A stretch of 64,000 nt of DNA from Ascidiella aspersa. Taxonomy: Eukaryota. Shown in pieces: positions 12,801-27,800 of this stretch. The translations under genes and the position numbers were made by a program. Under the pieces are notes generated by a model, which saw only the letters and a list, made by a program, of their open reading frames with translations, did not search any database and had not been told where the DNA came from. Position 1 is the stretch's first letter. Each line of letters opens with the position of its first letter. The stretch covers positions 16,492,001 through 16,556,000 of the forward strand of contig OZ004608.1 in assembly GCA_963924565.1 (NCBI GenBank). The letters are read 5' to 3'.

Positions 12801-15800
12801 CCATAGCTCTTAAGTTGCGATTAATTTACCGTTTTACATCAAAGCGCTGCATAATTTTTAGGATATTTAGGGAAATTGTGGCTATTAAATGGCACCTTTG
12901 CCATGTTTGTACAAGGTTACAAACGCCATTCTGTGAAAAGTAACGAGAAATCGTGCCAAAAAAGTACAGATCCATCTATTTACACCACATGGCGGACATA
13001 AAGAAAAACATCGTTGTGTGTTTTAACCAGATCGGCACGTGCAAGTACAAGGAGGACAAGGAAGCCTTCGCGATCGTGCACGTGAACGTCGAGGAAGTGC
13101 GCGATCTCGACTTCGCCAACGACGCAAGTAAAGTGCTCGGCGATTGCTCCAAAAACATGGAGGAGAAGAAGATTACCGTCAACGAGCGCAGGTAAAAAAA
13201 CGCACTTAGTTTCCAAGTTAGGCCCCTTTCGTATTTAAAGATGCGAAAGCTTGTCGATTTCAATACAATTTGTCTTTACACAGTGCCACCTGATTCCTCT
13301 ATTTAGAATGAGACAAATACGGCCATATGCAAAGATTCGTATGAAATGAACCCTAAAAAAGTCTGTGACAACCTTTGCGACCCACCGTGTATATTTGTCT
13401 GTTATTACTTTTTTGTTTGTTTATTACTTTTCCTAAATACATGCGTCCCTGCTTATGTCTTGCACAATCTTAACAATAAGATATTGATAGTTCGTTGTTT
13501 AAAGGTGGCTTTTGGGTATTTAACATACTATCCTTTTTTACGTCGGCGAGATCTCTTATTCAGCTTTATCGCATTGTATACAAAGGTTTTAACTTAACAA
13601 AGACTTTATTAACGTTAGTGTGAAGCCCGTGTAAGAAAAAAAAATAACTTTTTTACCTTCTCAAACTCTGCCGACCTGTTAAAGAGGCAAACAAAACGCC
13701 CCCTGATATCATCGTTTTAAGCCTTAAAACCTTTATACAATTTAGTTTGTTCGCAAAGATAAATGTGTGCCAGTATCCGGGATATAATGACAATGTTAGA
13801 TATTTGCTGACGTCGTCACAACTTCACTAAATTAAAACAAATGTTGCAAATTTAAGCAGAACTAAAAAGCGAAGTAATGGAACATGTCAACGTGCTGGTT
13901 CGCCTTAAAGCATTTAGTTTGCAAAAAAGGGTATTGATGTAAGTAATCAAAATAAATCCTTCAAATTGATTCTTCCAAACAAATTCATATCGAAACTGGT
14001 AAAAATGTATGCACATTTAAAAAAAATCATGTTTTTTCTTTTAATTTATGTTGCGGAAACCTCCAGGTTCGTCATCAAGTTGTTGGAAGACCTGATCTTC
14101 TTCGTGGCTCGTCAGCCGAGAGGTGCCATGGATGCCTTGGACGTGATGGTCACCGATCCGGACCGAGAGAGGCAGAAGCTGCTGCGTGAGCAAAACATCC
14201 TCAAACAAGTCTTCAAAATTCTTCAGGTGGGTACTTAAAGTCACACATATGGAGTTTGACTGTGTTTTTGGTCTCAAACAGGCCGCTGTAAATCATTGGG
14301 CCGTGGATTTTGTAACTAGCTATAAAATTTAAAAATTTTATCATTTTCTGCTTACAAGAAAACTTATACGTTAAATTTTTTACCCTTTAGCTTTAATATT
14401 ACAACTGCCTTGGTCTTTTGTAAAATTTCAGACAAAAAAAAGGTGGAGTGCAAGCTAAAAAAATTGTTGAAACTTAGAAGCATTGAGAAGGTCGTGAAGA
14501 ACTCAATAAAAAATATACTGTGTTATATAGAAATAAAATGCAAATAATTTTAACTTTGGTGCCATTTGGGCAAATCAGCCTATATGTTGCAAATTTCAGC
14601 TTCGAATAAAACGCGAATTGGTTTTAGGCACCCTTTAAGGACTGCAAGGACGGTCCGCTGTTGCACCTCGAAGAGCTGAAAGACAAAAAGAACGTCCACT
14701 ACCAACACATGCTCAAGCTCTGCTACCGACTGCTCAGACACTCGACGCAAGACTACAGGAAGAATCAGGTGCTTGGACGGTTGTTTGCCACTTGCTGACA
14801 ATGTTGTTATGTCAATCGTTTTACCAGTATTTCAACCAATAACAATAGCAAAGCATTTTTGCAGATTTGCCTTACTTAAATCAATTATTATTTACAGTGA
14901 CTAAGTTTCTTTTTTTGGCCACGAACGTTTATACTAATTCGATAGTTTAGAATTTATATCACATCTTCTTAGCGACTGCCAACTTCCTTTTGCAAATCTG
15001 TTTTTGCTTTAGACTTGGTTATTACTGTAATACACTAGTCGGCCTTTGATAAGTATTTACAAACCTGAAATTACACTCTTTCAGTCAGTTATATCTTCAG
15101 ATTCGTAAATTAATATGCAATTTTGTGGTTTCGTTTGTCGTGCCATGCAGTCACTTTTTACTAGACGAAATTGAATATTTGTCCTAGAATTAGCGACTAC
15201 AATTTAAGCGTGCTTTGTCGAGTTCTAACTTACTATCTGACAGTATCCCAATTCAGAATAGCCCGACAGTGACCACAGTGCTAACAACTTGTTTATTCGA
15301 CCCAACGTTTTTACCCAGGAATACATCGCCAAGTCGTTCGGCCTGATGCAGCAGCAGATCGGGCATGACATCCTGGCGGAAGACACCATCACCGCGCTTC
15401 TCCACAACAACAGGAAGCTGCTGGAGCAGCACATCACCGGCACCGAGATCGAGACCTTCGTGGCGCTCGTGCGAAAGAACAGGGAACCCAGGTGCCGGTT
15501 ACAAGTTTTTAAATTAATAACAAAGTCAATTTTTTTGAAAGGGCCTCTTATTCCATTTTGACCAAACAACAAAGCAAAATGCTCCGCTGCTTAAGTCCAA
15601 AAAATTGTATGTTACTACGATAGCGAATCAGGGGACATTAGCTTTCTTTAATAGTGCGCCGGGCAAACACGACGAAAGCGATATCGTGTTGTGTGGTCAA
15701 ATAGAAGTATTTGGCGTCATTGATTTTTGTGCCCAAACCAGAACGATTTTTGTGCCCATAACTAGAAAGAGTGTCGGGGCTTTGAACTGCTGTACAGTGC

Positions 15801-18800
15801 TGACTAGAGAAACGCTGTTTTATGCGCATAGTGACTGCGCGACTTCTTGCACGAAACCTTAGTTTAGACAGCTTGATATTTTGTTGTGGGAACACACAAT
15901 AAGACCCCAAAAGCAACAATACCTAAAGCAAAAAATCTATAATACCATAGTATGAAGACCAACGACATATTAAAGTTAAAAACGCAGTAATTTCCACGAC
16001 AGAATAGGAAACGATATTGTCTGATTAAGATAATACACAGACTTGGACAACTAGATTTGTTTTAGCATTTTTTTTTTTGATGCCTTTTAGCATAGCATAT
16101 GCTTTTCAGACGGCGAAAATTACGTTTCAACCAAAGCGTTTGAATTCAAATTCTTTGTTTTGGTTAAGAGACTAAAGACTAAAAATGCCGTTGGACAAAG
16201 TAGCATTTTTGGTAAAATCCGAATTAGATTAGAACTAGAATTAGAGCGCACAAGCAATGCACAAATTAGATTAGAATTAGCTGCAATTTGCTATAATTCA
16301 TTGAATTAGAAAACTAGAATTATCTAGTTGTCCAAGTCTGGGACGATCGCGGACCATCGGTTTGGCATCGACCGTTTTGGTGTCGACGTTTTGGCGCCCT
16401 AGTTTGAACGGCCTCGTTAAGGCACCGCTGTTTTGGCACCGGATTTTTTATGATATTCTTATTTCTGGAGTCGTTTGTTATGTGGTATAAAACTATCCAA
16501 CAATCCTGTAGAATTGCGCCGATATTCGAAAGGTCATACTTCTGTTTAAGCTTCAAACATGTTTCACAGAATTTGGAAGCCTTTGTGTTCTCGTGTTATG
16601 TCCAAAAACAGCTATCACAAACACAAGTATTTTATTTATATGTTTTTAAAGCAGCTCTTTTTTCATATATTTCCATTTGAACACGGAAATCAATATTTGT
16701 ATTTTACATTCAAGGCCCTTTACAACACCAAGGTTCTTTCAATATCCTGGGCTTTATTGTTTATTTTGTTATTTAAACCTTTGAATACATAAAGACAAAT
16801 TTACCTTTATTAAATTTTGACCAGATTTCTCGACTACCTGGCCGATCTGTGCGTCACCAACAAGCAAGCGATACCGAAGACCCAGGAACTGATCTGCCGA
16901 AATATTTTAGCAGAAAAGAACAAAGACATTCTCATCGAGACGAAGTGAGCGACCCGGTGTTTTTTCAGCCCGGCGATAAAATATCGATTGCTTTTTTACA
17001 ACCGAAACCAACATGATTGGCTGTAAAACGTTACATTATATGGCTACGGCTACGCGCAGCGCGGAAAGATGGAATGACACCACGATGTCTGTAATTTTGT
17101 GTAACTGATACATTTCAGAGCAGTGATTCTCAAAAGTTTTTTTTCGAATTCCTCCCTTACAAGCCAAAATACTATTAATTCCTCTCCAGAAAAAACATAA
17201 GGTATTCTAGCTTTTTATTTATTACTTCGATATAATTTGGATGCATTAATCGTCTGAAAGTTCAGTTTGTTTGAACGTATAACGTAGGTATAGACTTAAT
17301 CTCATGTAAAATGCCTGCATTGGTTTATATTTCTTTAATGGCTGTATTTGTGAAGAAACAATAGACTAATATGTAACTATGAACAAATTATGGGCTTGGA
17401 TTATGGGCCTAATAGAGTCTAATAGACGTTTTGCAATACCAATCATTACAGTTAAATAAGCTATTTATTGCATTTAACCGATTAAATAACTTTTTTTGTC
17501 TATTTTTCTCCCCAATTCCTCCCTGGAACAAATTTCCTCCCCCAATTTAAAAATTCCTCCCAAAGTGAGCAACTTGGCACCTCTGTTCTAGAGACTAAGG
17601 AACATGTAAAACCATAAATATAAGTAATATTTGGATTGCGCGGCGTCTTTGCTCATTTCAATACCAGCTCCGGTTGTACTATACTTTTTATTACAATTGC
17701 AGGCAAAACAGTTAAAACGTCATGAACGGTAATACACAGCTGTGGCCTTACAATGCTGTCAACATAAGGCACTTAGTTAGCCGTGCTTGCTTGATACAAC
17801 GAACAGTAACTTTTGCTTGGACGGTAAGAGCGATGAAAGTGAATTTCAACAACCGATTGCCCGTACGTTTTCACGAATAAAAATGCCTTCAAGGCAATAC
17901 GAAACTGTTCAAGCAATACGACTCTCAAACCGTAGTTTTTCGCCTTAAACGCGCCCTGAAAGACGATTTTTTTGCAGAATGTGCAGCGACTTTACGCACG
18001 AGGACACGGTGGTGCTGATGTACGGTGATGGCAAGGCTGTGGAGCGCTGCATCCGCGAGCTCGCCTCTGCCAAAGAGACTGAGGACAAGAAGTGGCTTAA
18101 GTACTACAGGTGATTTTGACGCTTGATAATGAATTGCTAAGCCGAAAAGGTCGAATAAATCGACATCAATGTTGATTAAGACGTTTCGATACGAGCTTGT
18201 ATCATCTTTAGTTGAGGTGACTGACAAGTAATTTAAGCATTATATTACGTGGGACGCGATTGTTATTATTTCGGAGTTATATCGACGGTTTGTTGCAAGC
18301 CGATGATGAAATCCTAAATCTAAAGTCAACCGTGTTTATATCCACCTCCGGGATATTCGGGAACGAAAAATTCTTTTGTGTGTTGGTCACATTCAAATGT
18401 TATGTCACCATGCCTGTGCTTCCATACATTATTGCTTGCTGCTTTTTTGTTCGGGTAATGGACCCTTGGTAGCAGTAAAAGTAGCAGTAAAAATATAAGC
18501 CATAAAGACATATTTTTCTGTAAAGTAAACTACTGAAAAAATGTGTACTTTTAAATATCAGATCAGGTAAAGTAAATAATATCGCGTGCTCATAGTCATA
18601 CGGCTAAAATGTCGAGCATATCTAATCCATAATACAAACACCTTCACCAGTGTTTGTTAGGCCTAGTATGTCTTCCAGCTTACTAAAGCGCGTTTTTCCA
18701 ATTCCCTTTGGAGCGCAGGCATCAACTGGACTTGTTCAGCAAGATGTGCTTGGACCGCCAATACTTGGCCATCAACCCGATCTCGGTCGAACTCACCATC

Positions 18801-21800
18801 CCGATCATACTCAACTGTATGGCTGACGTGCAGCTGCCCTGCGACCTTCGGGCTTCCTTCGTTCAGGTTCGCATCGTTTCGACGCCCACTATAAATAGAC
18901 CAAAGGAGTTCCCATACCCCGTACCAGACTGGTTCGCTATCGGAAAGTGTGATGTCGAACCACTAAATGTGATAATCAATTTGGTATCGCGTTTCCGAAC
19001 TAGCGCAGTTAAAACAGTCGTGAATCATGTTTATTGAGCTACTTGTGTGCCGAATGTTCAGTGATGTGTTGAAACGGAGCCTATACCGCTTGATTCAAAT
19101 AAGATAATCATCCCTAGCGCATCATTTATTTGTCGTTTGGTCTACTAATGCAACGTAAGTGCTCAATTCTAATGCATTTTAAGTGTAAACAAATCTAAAG
19201 CGTACTATGGCACGCACAGTTGTTTACCCTCGTCCGAAGGGGCATTATCTTTGTATCTCCGCTATACGCAAAACTAAAAAGTTGCCAGGACAAAACTTAA
19301 TTACTTAAGAGTTTGCTTATGCTTATGGGCCGGCCTCCGTTTCCCTGAAAATGCGCAGAAACGTTCGCATCGGTGACACTTGCAGCGGACGCACAAGGCC
19401 GAGTTAATTAACAAGTGCCGTGAGGTCCGCTGGGACTTTGTTAAGCTATTGTTTTGCCTTATTACAGCTCATGCTCCACATGCACGTCGACAGGGACCCA
19501 CAGGAGTTGGTCATTCCGGTTCAGTACGCACGGCTCTGGTCCGAGATTTCCAATCAAATCACCATCAGGGAGTAAGTGTTTTTTTATTGTCGTGTTTTTG
19601 TATTTCAGTGCTGTCTTTCATGCTGACAACTTACAAGGTTGGTAGTAGCTTGGCACTTTATTGTCTGCCTAACAATGATACAAGTTATCGATTGAATTCC
19701 TATTGTAAGCTTCATGTAATAAGCCTCAACTAGTAATTGGTTGTTTATACGTGGGCGAGCCTAAGCCTTCCTACACAATTCCGTTTAATATAACAGTCGT
19801 GTAAGTTTATTGGCACGACACTTCCTATGCAAGTTTAACAAGTTACGTGTTAGGCGAGTATATTGCAATATGTTAACTGTCAGGCGGTAAACTGCACACA
19901 GTTATACCCAGCTGCGTTCGATCGTAAAAATAAGCATACACAAACAGCAAATGTACGAGGATGTTTTTTCAAATGCTCTCCCGTCAACCATTCACATCAT
20001 GATTATTTTCCATTTATCCGTGCACGCCGTGCCAGCAATGTGACTGATTGACGTCTGTCATTTGCAGTTCTTACAGAAGATATGTAGTTGGTCGTTTCCT
20101 GCTTGGCGGTTTGTTGCCGATTGCGTTAATGTCACCTATGCAAAGCACTGACTTAATTGCCCCCCTAGGCATGTTACTAGGCGTTGCATTGTCATGGGAG
20201 TTTTCATTGGTTTTTATCTTTCTATTTTTAAAAACAAATCCGTGTAGTGTTTTACTTAAGTGGCCGTGTACTACTGTACACGCATGTTTCACGAGCTAAT
20301 CACTCATAAAAAACTTTTTTTCTTCACTGTTTGGTACAAGTTGTTTTTATGACAGTATATTTGCTTTTTTCGTTAACTTTTTCTCCCTTTTGTGTCGAAA
20401 ACATGTCGCTCATTTACATAACAACGTTGCGTGCTGGACTAGTCTGTTTTTTTGTTTTTAGGCGGTAATAATATTGTGCTGCTGCAACGATGCGCAACTC
20501 TGTTGTCTGCACCCTTAAATTTTATTGACACGCCTGTACCAGTTTTTGTCAAACCAGTTTGAAGTAGGACAGCAATTTTGCCATCCTCTGATATGCTAGA
20601 ACGCTAATTGTACATATTCTAACCATAGCACTTGTCGCTCCGCGCGTTTGTGTTTTTGCTCCGATCTCTCATGTATCATGCATCATGCATTACTTGCTGT
20701 TGTTGCAAACCTTTTCTATCGCAAAATGTAAAATCGGCCTTTAACCACTTCTTTACAAGTAAAATTTGTAAACATCTAAAGTGCTGTTTTCAATTCGCTC
20801 GTTTAGTTCCTTGCTTTGTGGTGGTTTGCTGCAGTTCACTGTAATGTTAACCAATGACTCGTCCGGTCGTTAAGTTGATTGATATCTCTTTTAGTGCTGT
20901 GACTTAGGGTCGTAAGATCGAAAAGTGTCGTTTTAAAATAGTCTCCTGTTTCGTAGCTGCTCAATCCAACTTTGTTTGTACTAGCACAAGGGCAACACAA
21001 AATGTTTTTTTAAAACGTGATGTAACTTTGGGTATTTCGTACATTACATTTTTGCAATCACCTCCTAAACTCTCCTAACACTACTTTTACTTCCAAAGGT
21101 CATTACGAAATAATGGATTGTATGAAAGAGTTTTGTTGTTGTTTTGTTATCACGAAACTGGTAGAACTTGTTTGATCTAACAGAAATCCTCATTTAAATA
21201 TTAAACGTTTGCTACAACCTTTAAGTATTATACACACTTGCAAAACTTTTTTTGTTGGTTTGCAGTTACGATGACCTTGAGAGTCGACGCGACTGCGCCA
21301 AGTTCGTACCCACGATGCAGTTCGTCAGAGGCTATCTTAACGGGTTTGTGACCAACGCGTGGATCTTTAAAAATCGCGAGGAAAACAAACTTACTTACGA
21401 GGTACGGGTGCTAAAGGTTTGGTTTTCAGTGGTATATTTAGTCGTGGTGTGCAATTGTAGTTATGAGAACTTTAAATTTGATTTTAAAAGTTGTATATTT
21501 GCGTTTGTTTTAAACACAGAAGATAATAATTTTTAATTTTGTATTTTTTTGGTCGGCCTGGTTAAACTATTTTTATGAATATTTAACAGCCATAGCTCAT
21601 GTTGTATAAATAAAATGGGATATTTTTAGATTGTAATGGACTTATGCAAGGCTAGTATTCTATTGGGTTGTGTGACGTCGCAATATATAACAAGTTAATT
21701 TTAGCGCATGGGTTTTACTTGCGCCTTTTTGTAATAGCATTAACTTCACAGCAATCAACCTATTATCAAGCTGTTCAAATAAATGACCGCTCTAAGCGAG

Positions 21801-24800
21801 TAAAAACCCAATAAAAATCACTTTTTATCGAATCTTGAGGGTAAGTTTTGTAACTAAGAAATTTTCTAACAGTTTTTATCGTCATTATACTCATGTTTAT
21901 AAAATCTACACCTTTTCAAAAAATGTGCCGAGAATTGTGCAAAACAACCAAAAAGTTTGGTGCGATGTAATTTTAAGGATTTAACATTATTTATTTGCTT
22001 CGCTGTAGTGTTTTTTACTTAATATTTTTTGTTCAGGTGTCTATTTATTTACTTTTAATTGCATGTTAAAACATAAGACGATAGGAGGGAGTTTTTAACG
22101 TCTACCATGAGGTGAATTGAGGAAAAAATATTGGAAAAAACTTGTTTTACCACTTAGCTTTTGTCCAACGTAATAAGCGTTTTGTTAAGTTTACAAAAAG
22201 GCACGATTTAATCTATAATGTGAAATTAAACGGTACAACAGTAATGGCGTCGTTTACAAGTTAAATTTGTATTGCCACTATATTCGGCTATAAACCCTAG
22301 CATATATTCTGCGTGTTATGGTGCTTAAATATCTCTTGTTAAATTTTTTTATTATTTTGCTTGCCTCACAAAGGGGTACGACAGCTCAGAGTTTAGTTAC
22401 CATGTGAGTACTGTAGAATGCCTTGTAATTCGTTTGCACGCTTGTAAGGAAATGATGAGCCACTGTAGCATAAAAACGCTTTGTTGATGTTGCTGTAGCC
22501 TTAAATGTTTCTTACTTTTAAGTCGGTAACACTATGTATACTTCAAAAATCAAGAAAACAACAAAGCAAAATTATTTTCAAATTAAGTCATTAAGTTCAA
22601 TGTATAGGTCTAATGAAACATGGTGGTAATAAAATTGTTTTTTTTTGTATTGAAATTAGCAGCCACACCATCAACGTGAAATCGCAAAACCCACATTAAA
22701 ATGATTTGATGAGCTAGATTTTAGATACTAGATTACTACAATTTTATTTAGCCACATCGGAGTGTACTACGGGTCATTTTTGTTCACTATTTCCTCAATG
22801 GGATTTCGGTACCCACGACATTTTTGTTTTGGTAAATGTGTTTACACCGCTTAAAGTGTGTTGTTGCAAATCGATCACTCACAACTGCAAAGTTTGTTAT
22901 ATGCACAAACATCGATAAAAGTTCCTCAGATTTATAACCATCTACTTGAATCGAAAATGCCAGTTGTAAAAGCGCAAACTAATTTGGCGCTGTTTATTGT
23001 TGTATTTTGCATGCTTGTGAATAACACAACAATGTCGAAGGGATTTACGAACCCGAGTGAGAAACTCGGAGTTATCCTGGTTATCTTGTAGCATCCACCG
23101 CATAGCATGAGATTGCACATTTAATGGAAATAAAACTAGAACGCCATATTTTGTTAAAAGAAAAACAGATCCGGGATGTAATTAACTAACAGTCTTGCCA
23201 ACATTTGATGATGTTCTATTACCTGTTAAAAAGAGTTAAAATAACTCTTACACTCATTGGGTCATTTTATATTTCTGAGGTATTTCTCCAATTTATCCCA
23301 GGCTAACAGCATTACTTGCGAAATTCATTAAATATAATAACTAATAAACAATTTACTCAAAACTTGTTAGATCGTTCGGCAAGTGTTACTCAAGTTAACA
23401 AGAGCGCCTTCCTTTTGACACGAAACAATTCGCTACCCACTTATAATATACGTCCTAATCAAATGCAACGAAAAATTCTCAAATTAGCTTTCTTGTTTAC
23501 GGCTGACCGTGCGTAGGTGGTCAACTTGGCCCGGCACCTCATCTACTTCGGCTTCTACAGCTTCGCCGACCTGCTCAGTCTCACCCGCACCTTGCTGCAG
23601 ATACTTGACTGCGTGAACGGCGTGTCGGCCAACAACCTGCTGTCTCAGGGCCGCTTTCATCAGGGAGGCGGTAGTACGTTGAAGATTTTTTTATTCGTTG
23701 TTTTAAATTGTCTAATTGTGTGTTTCGACCAAGCGCGTCGAATCCTTCAAATACGTTACTGCATTTTACTATTAGGTTGTCATACCATTTCAATTAGGTT
23801 GATAACCGATGTTTGAATTTTCGGTAATTTTAATTCTAAACCAAGCGGAAAAAACTAAAATGCTTTAATTTTAGTTCTAATCTATTTAAAAAAAACTAAA
23901 ATGATCCTTTGTAATTTAATTTTTGCAAATTTGAAATTAATATTGTTTTTTTAAGTCTGTAAATGTATCGATATTTTGACTACCGTTCTCGTCTAGTCAT
24001 CGTTGATAAATTGTAGGACACCTTTCTAGTTCCTGTGAGTAGCATTATATATTTTCTTTTTTGTAGCGTTTGAATTATGTTTTCCATTTGACAGACGTAG
24101 ACGCAATCAGCCGTGGCGTAGGCAACATAGCGGTGATGGTGAGCACCTTGACAATGGGCAGCACCCTCGACCAACAGCCAGGTCGAGCCGGGAATCGAAC
24201 CGATAACCCTGCAGCCGCCGCACCGAGCTCCTCGATCAACGCGCAAGACGAGTACGTGCTGGAGACGAAGTTAAAGATCATCGATATTTTGCACGTGGGT
24301 CTTAAAAAATCATTTTTTTTCGTGGTCGTATACGTATTTAACAAATCTTCGTAGTAATGCCAGTACTGGTGCTAAATAATGCTGTAGCTATACTGAAGGT
24401 GCTAAATGATGCTCTAACTAAGGAAACTTAGACTTGAATCAATTGCGTCCCACCTTTTACAAGTGATGCTTGAATTACTTCTCAGTCTCATTAACTGAAG
24501 ATGATACAAACGTCTTATTCAAGATAATGTCTATCGACCGTTTTGGCTTTGCAATTTATTATCAAGCTACATTACAGATCCGTGCATAGCGTACCAAAAT
24601 ACCAGTAATCTTGTTTAAAAGATACTGAACTAAAATTGTCGATTGTTGCAAAATCTATTTCTTTTTTACTAGTTCATCCTGGACGTCAGGCTCGACTACC
24701 GCATCTCGAGCCTCCTCTCCATTTTCAAGCGAGAGTTCGACGAGAACAGCAAGCGGCAGCAAGTCGAGAGCCAGACCGCTCCCCCTACGGACGCTACCCA

Positions 24801-27800
24801 GGAACGAAACAACAACCTCGCCACTGGAGCGTCGCAAACTCAACGTAAGAAGAAGGGGTCTAGTCGAAGATTTAATGGCTGCCATTCATAGGCGCCGAAT
24901 GTGAATGTGCAGAGTGTTTTTAGACGCCCTGAACTTCTCGTAGGGCGTCAAAACGCGCTGTAATTCGACCAATTTATCAATAGATGTGCAAAAAAATGCA
25001 CAGTCTTAGTTCACCAAAAGTGTTTAAAACTTGCCTGAATTACCATATAGGCACGAGACCATAGTATCCAAAAAACTATGCATTTTTTTAATTATTGTTA
25101 CGTTCATTTCAATAGAATCGTTTTTATCCATATAGTTTTAAACGGCGAAATGGTTGGTTTATTGTCAACATACAACAGCTGGTATCTAAGAGCGTACATA
25201 TTAAATAATAATCAATTTTGCAGTGTCTTGGAAATAACGCCCTGGAACTATCGATATTAGTTGCGTTACGACCAATGTATTTAATCTTACGCAGCAACGA
25301 CGCCGCTCATCAACCTGAGCATCATTTCGGCCAAGGCGGAGGGCATTTTTGACGGTTCCCAGGAGAGCGTGAGCCTAGATCTGGATGGTGACGGAGGAAG
25401 GATGTTCCTTCGTGTGCTCCTCCACCTCGTCATGCACGACTATCCTCCTCTCGTGTCTGGAGCGCTCCAGCTGCTCTTCCGCCATTTCAGCCAAAGGCAG
25501 GAAGTCCTCCAAGCCTTTAAGAACGTAAGTCGATTTACTGTTTTGAGACTGCTTATGCTGGAATTAGTTTTGTGTTGTCTACTTTTAGTTAATATATTTT
25601 TAAAACCCACGTTTACGCCAAGGTGCACCTGCTTAATAGTTAAGATGCAATTGCACCAAGAAAAGTTTTTCAACTGGTTTTGGTTGTTTTGTATATATTT
25701 CTCCAGAGACCAAATTTTCACCAGGTCAGTGGTGACATCGAAAAATTCATTTTAAGTTATGCATGGCGTGGTTCAAACTCACGAAATTCTGTGCAGTCAA
25801 TATAGTTATATTGGTGTTTAATAGAAGTTTTGTCTTACCTTTTATGAAAAACATTATAAACACAGCAACTCTTATCTTTAAGTTTTTTCCAAGACTCGTT
25901 TCAAATTTATTTGAAGTACGATAAGCTGTGTTTACAATGTTTTTGGAGGTGTCAACTGTCAACTAAGTTGAACGTTACGCGCAAATTTCTTAAAACAAAC
26001 ATTTTTGCCTCTTTTGTATAAAAAGTTATTGTGCATGTTGCGCTATGGTGGCGTGTACATGCAGTAAATCCCTTAATCGAGTAAGCTTGGCAAGCAGGCA
26101 TATGCACATTCGAAACACCAATTTTTTTTTGGAAAGAGTTGGAATAAATAGTTTCGTTAATTAAAACATTATGGTATTAAGTTTCCCTAAAAAATCTAAT
26201 CCCGTCGCAAATAAACGTTTTAAAAAACTTGCCTTATTTTCCCCCTTTATTACGTCCAGGTCCAGCTTTTGGTCACCAAGGACGAGCACGAGACGTACAA
26301 GGAGATCAAGACCAACCTGGACCAGCTGCGCCTCCTGGTGGAGAAGAGCGAGCTGTGGGTGATCAAGGGCAAAGCGGCCAGCTCCTCCAAGCCCAGTCGC
26401 GATTCGACGTCACAGGACGTACCGGGCGACGCGCCAGGCGGCATCATGCCCATGGTGAGTTCGAGTTGCGCGTGATTTTCTCCGTGTTCTATTGAAAATA
26501 AATGATGGGTCACCTTGGTCAGCGGTTCAACTCTTTTAAGTCGCTGATTTCTGGTTTAGTGGCGACTTTATACAAGAAAATGCGTATGCCCAAGTTAAGG
26601 CTAGTGAGTAATCTTGCAAAGTTGGTCTGTATGATTCAAGAAATCACGATGCAAAAATTGCTATCTTAATTTGAAACATGCTATATTTGCTTTGTATATA
26701 TTTTTTTAATTAAATAACCACCTTCACCATCTACATCGCGTGTTTTGTGGCCGCAATAATATGTCAACGTCTTAATTCAAAAACAGCAGAGGCGGGCAGA
26801 ATTTGCACCAATATACGTTCCTGTGGCATTTATTTTAATGTCTGTGTTAGCTTGGTGGTAAAAATGTGAAATACAACAATTAAATCACTATGCGACACAG
26901 CTCATAACTACATATTTTGTCTCTTAGCTTTTATTGCCTTTAAATTTTTCACTTTTATTTTTTAACTACGTTATCTATATTAGTTTGTGTTTGGTAAATT
27001 GTGGCCTGATTATTGCCTTATTTGGTGCATGTTTCAAACCTTATTTTGTGAACAGATTTAAATTGTTTACTTTTTAAGTTTTTGTATTTAAGGTCAAAAG
27101 TAGATTTGATTGATTTCTTTATTTAAAAAATAAATTTCTGTTGAAATTAAATCGATAAAAGTTGTCTTGGAACATGAATCTTTCAATGTATGTTTTACGT
27201 TTTCGACCAATCGCGACTCCCCGGCCCTCCATATCCACTTATACACGCAGGGTGACTTTTGCATTTTGCCTCCGAAACACCTGCGTTCGCGACTGGGCAA
27301 CAACAAACCTAGCGTGAGTATTGTACATAGCAGTCGCACTTGCGACACTGACTGCCGTCCCAGCTCACCAATCTACGTTTGCACCTAATTCGCGCCAAAA
27401 ACGATTCCATTTGTGCAGCATATTTTATGCATGAGGGGCTTGAGGGCGCCTACGACCGTAGACCGCGCGTGTGCATCTCGTAATTTTCCAATCAAGGAAT
27501 AAATTGTTCTACGGTTGTTTTGGGATATAACGTAAATAGAGACAATAGAATGTCGTAAATAGTGTTCGGAAGGTCTCTAAATATTTTCAAATTTATTTCA
27601 ATTTGTTTGCTTGAATTTCAATCATGCCTGTCGATTGATGTTTTACTTTTGTGTTCTTCATATGCCTGGGTGTTTTAACGTACTAACCAAGCTGGGGTTA
27701 AGAAAGCAAAACTCTACTTTTTAGAATAATCATTTTCGTAGCGTACTGACGTAAAATTCGATTTTTAATTTGTCTTGATTTTTGTGATTCGGTGGCAAAT

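Noticed and set aside
16200-16445. TTAGAA-like and GTTTTGGC-like short repeat arrays
   Set aside because: Degenerate simple or TE-derived repeats; not telomeric and not CRISPR (no constant repeat-spacer period; eukaryotic DNA)
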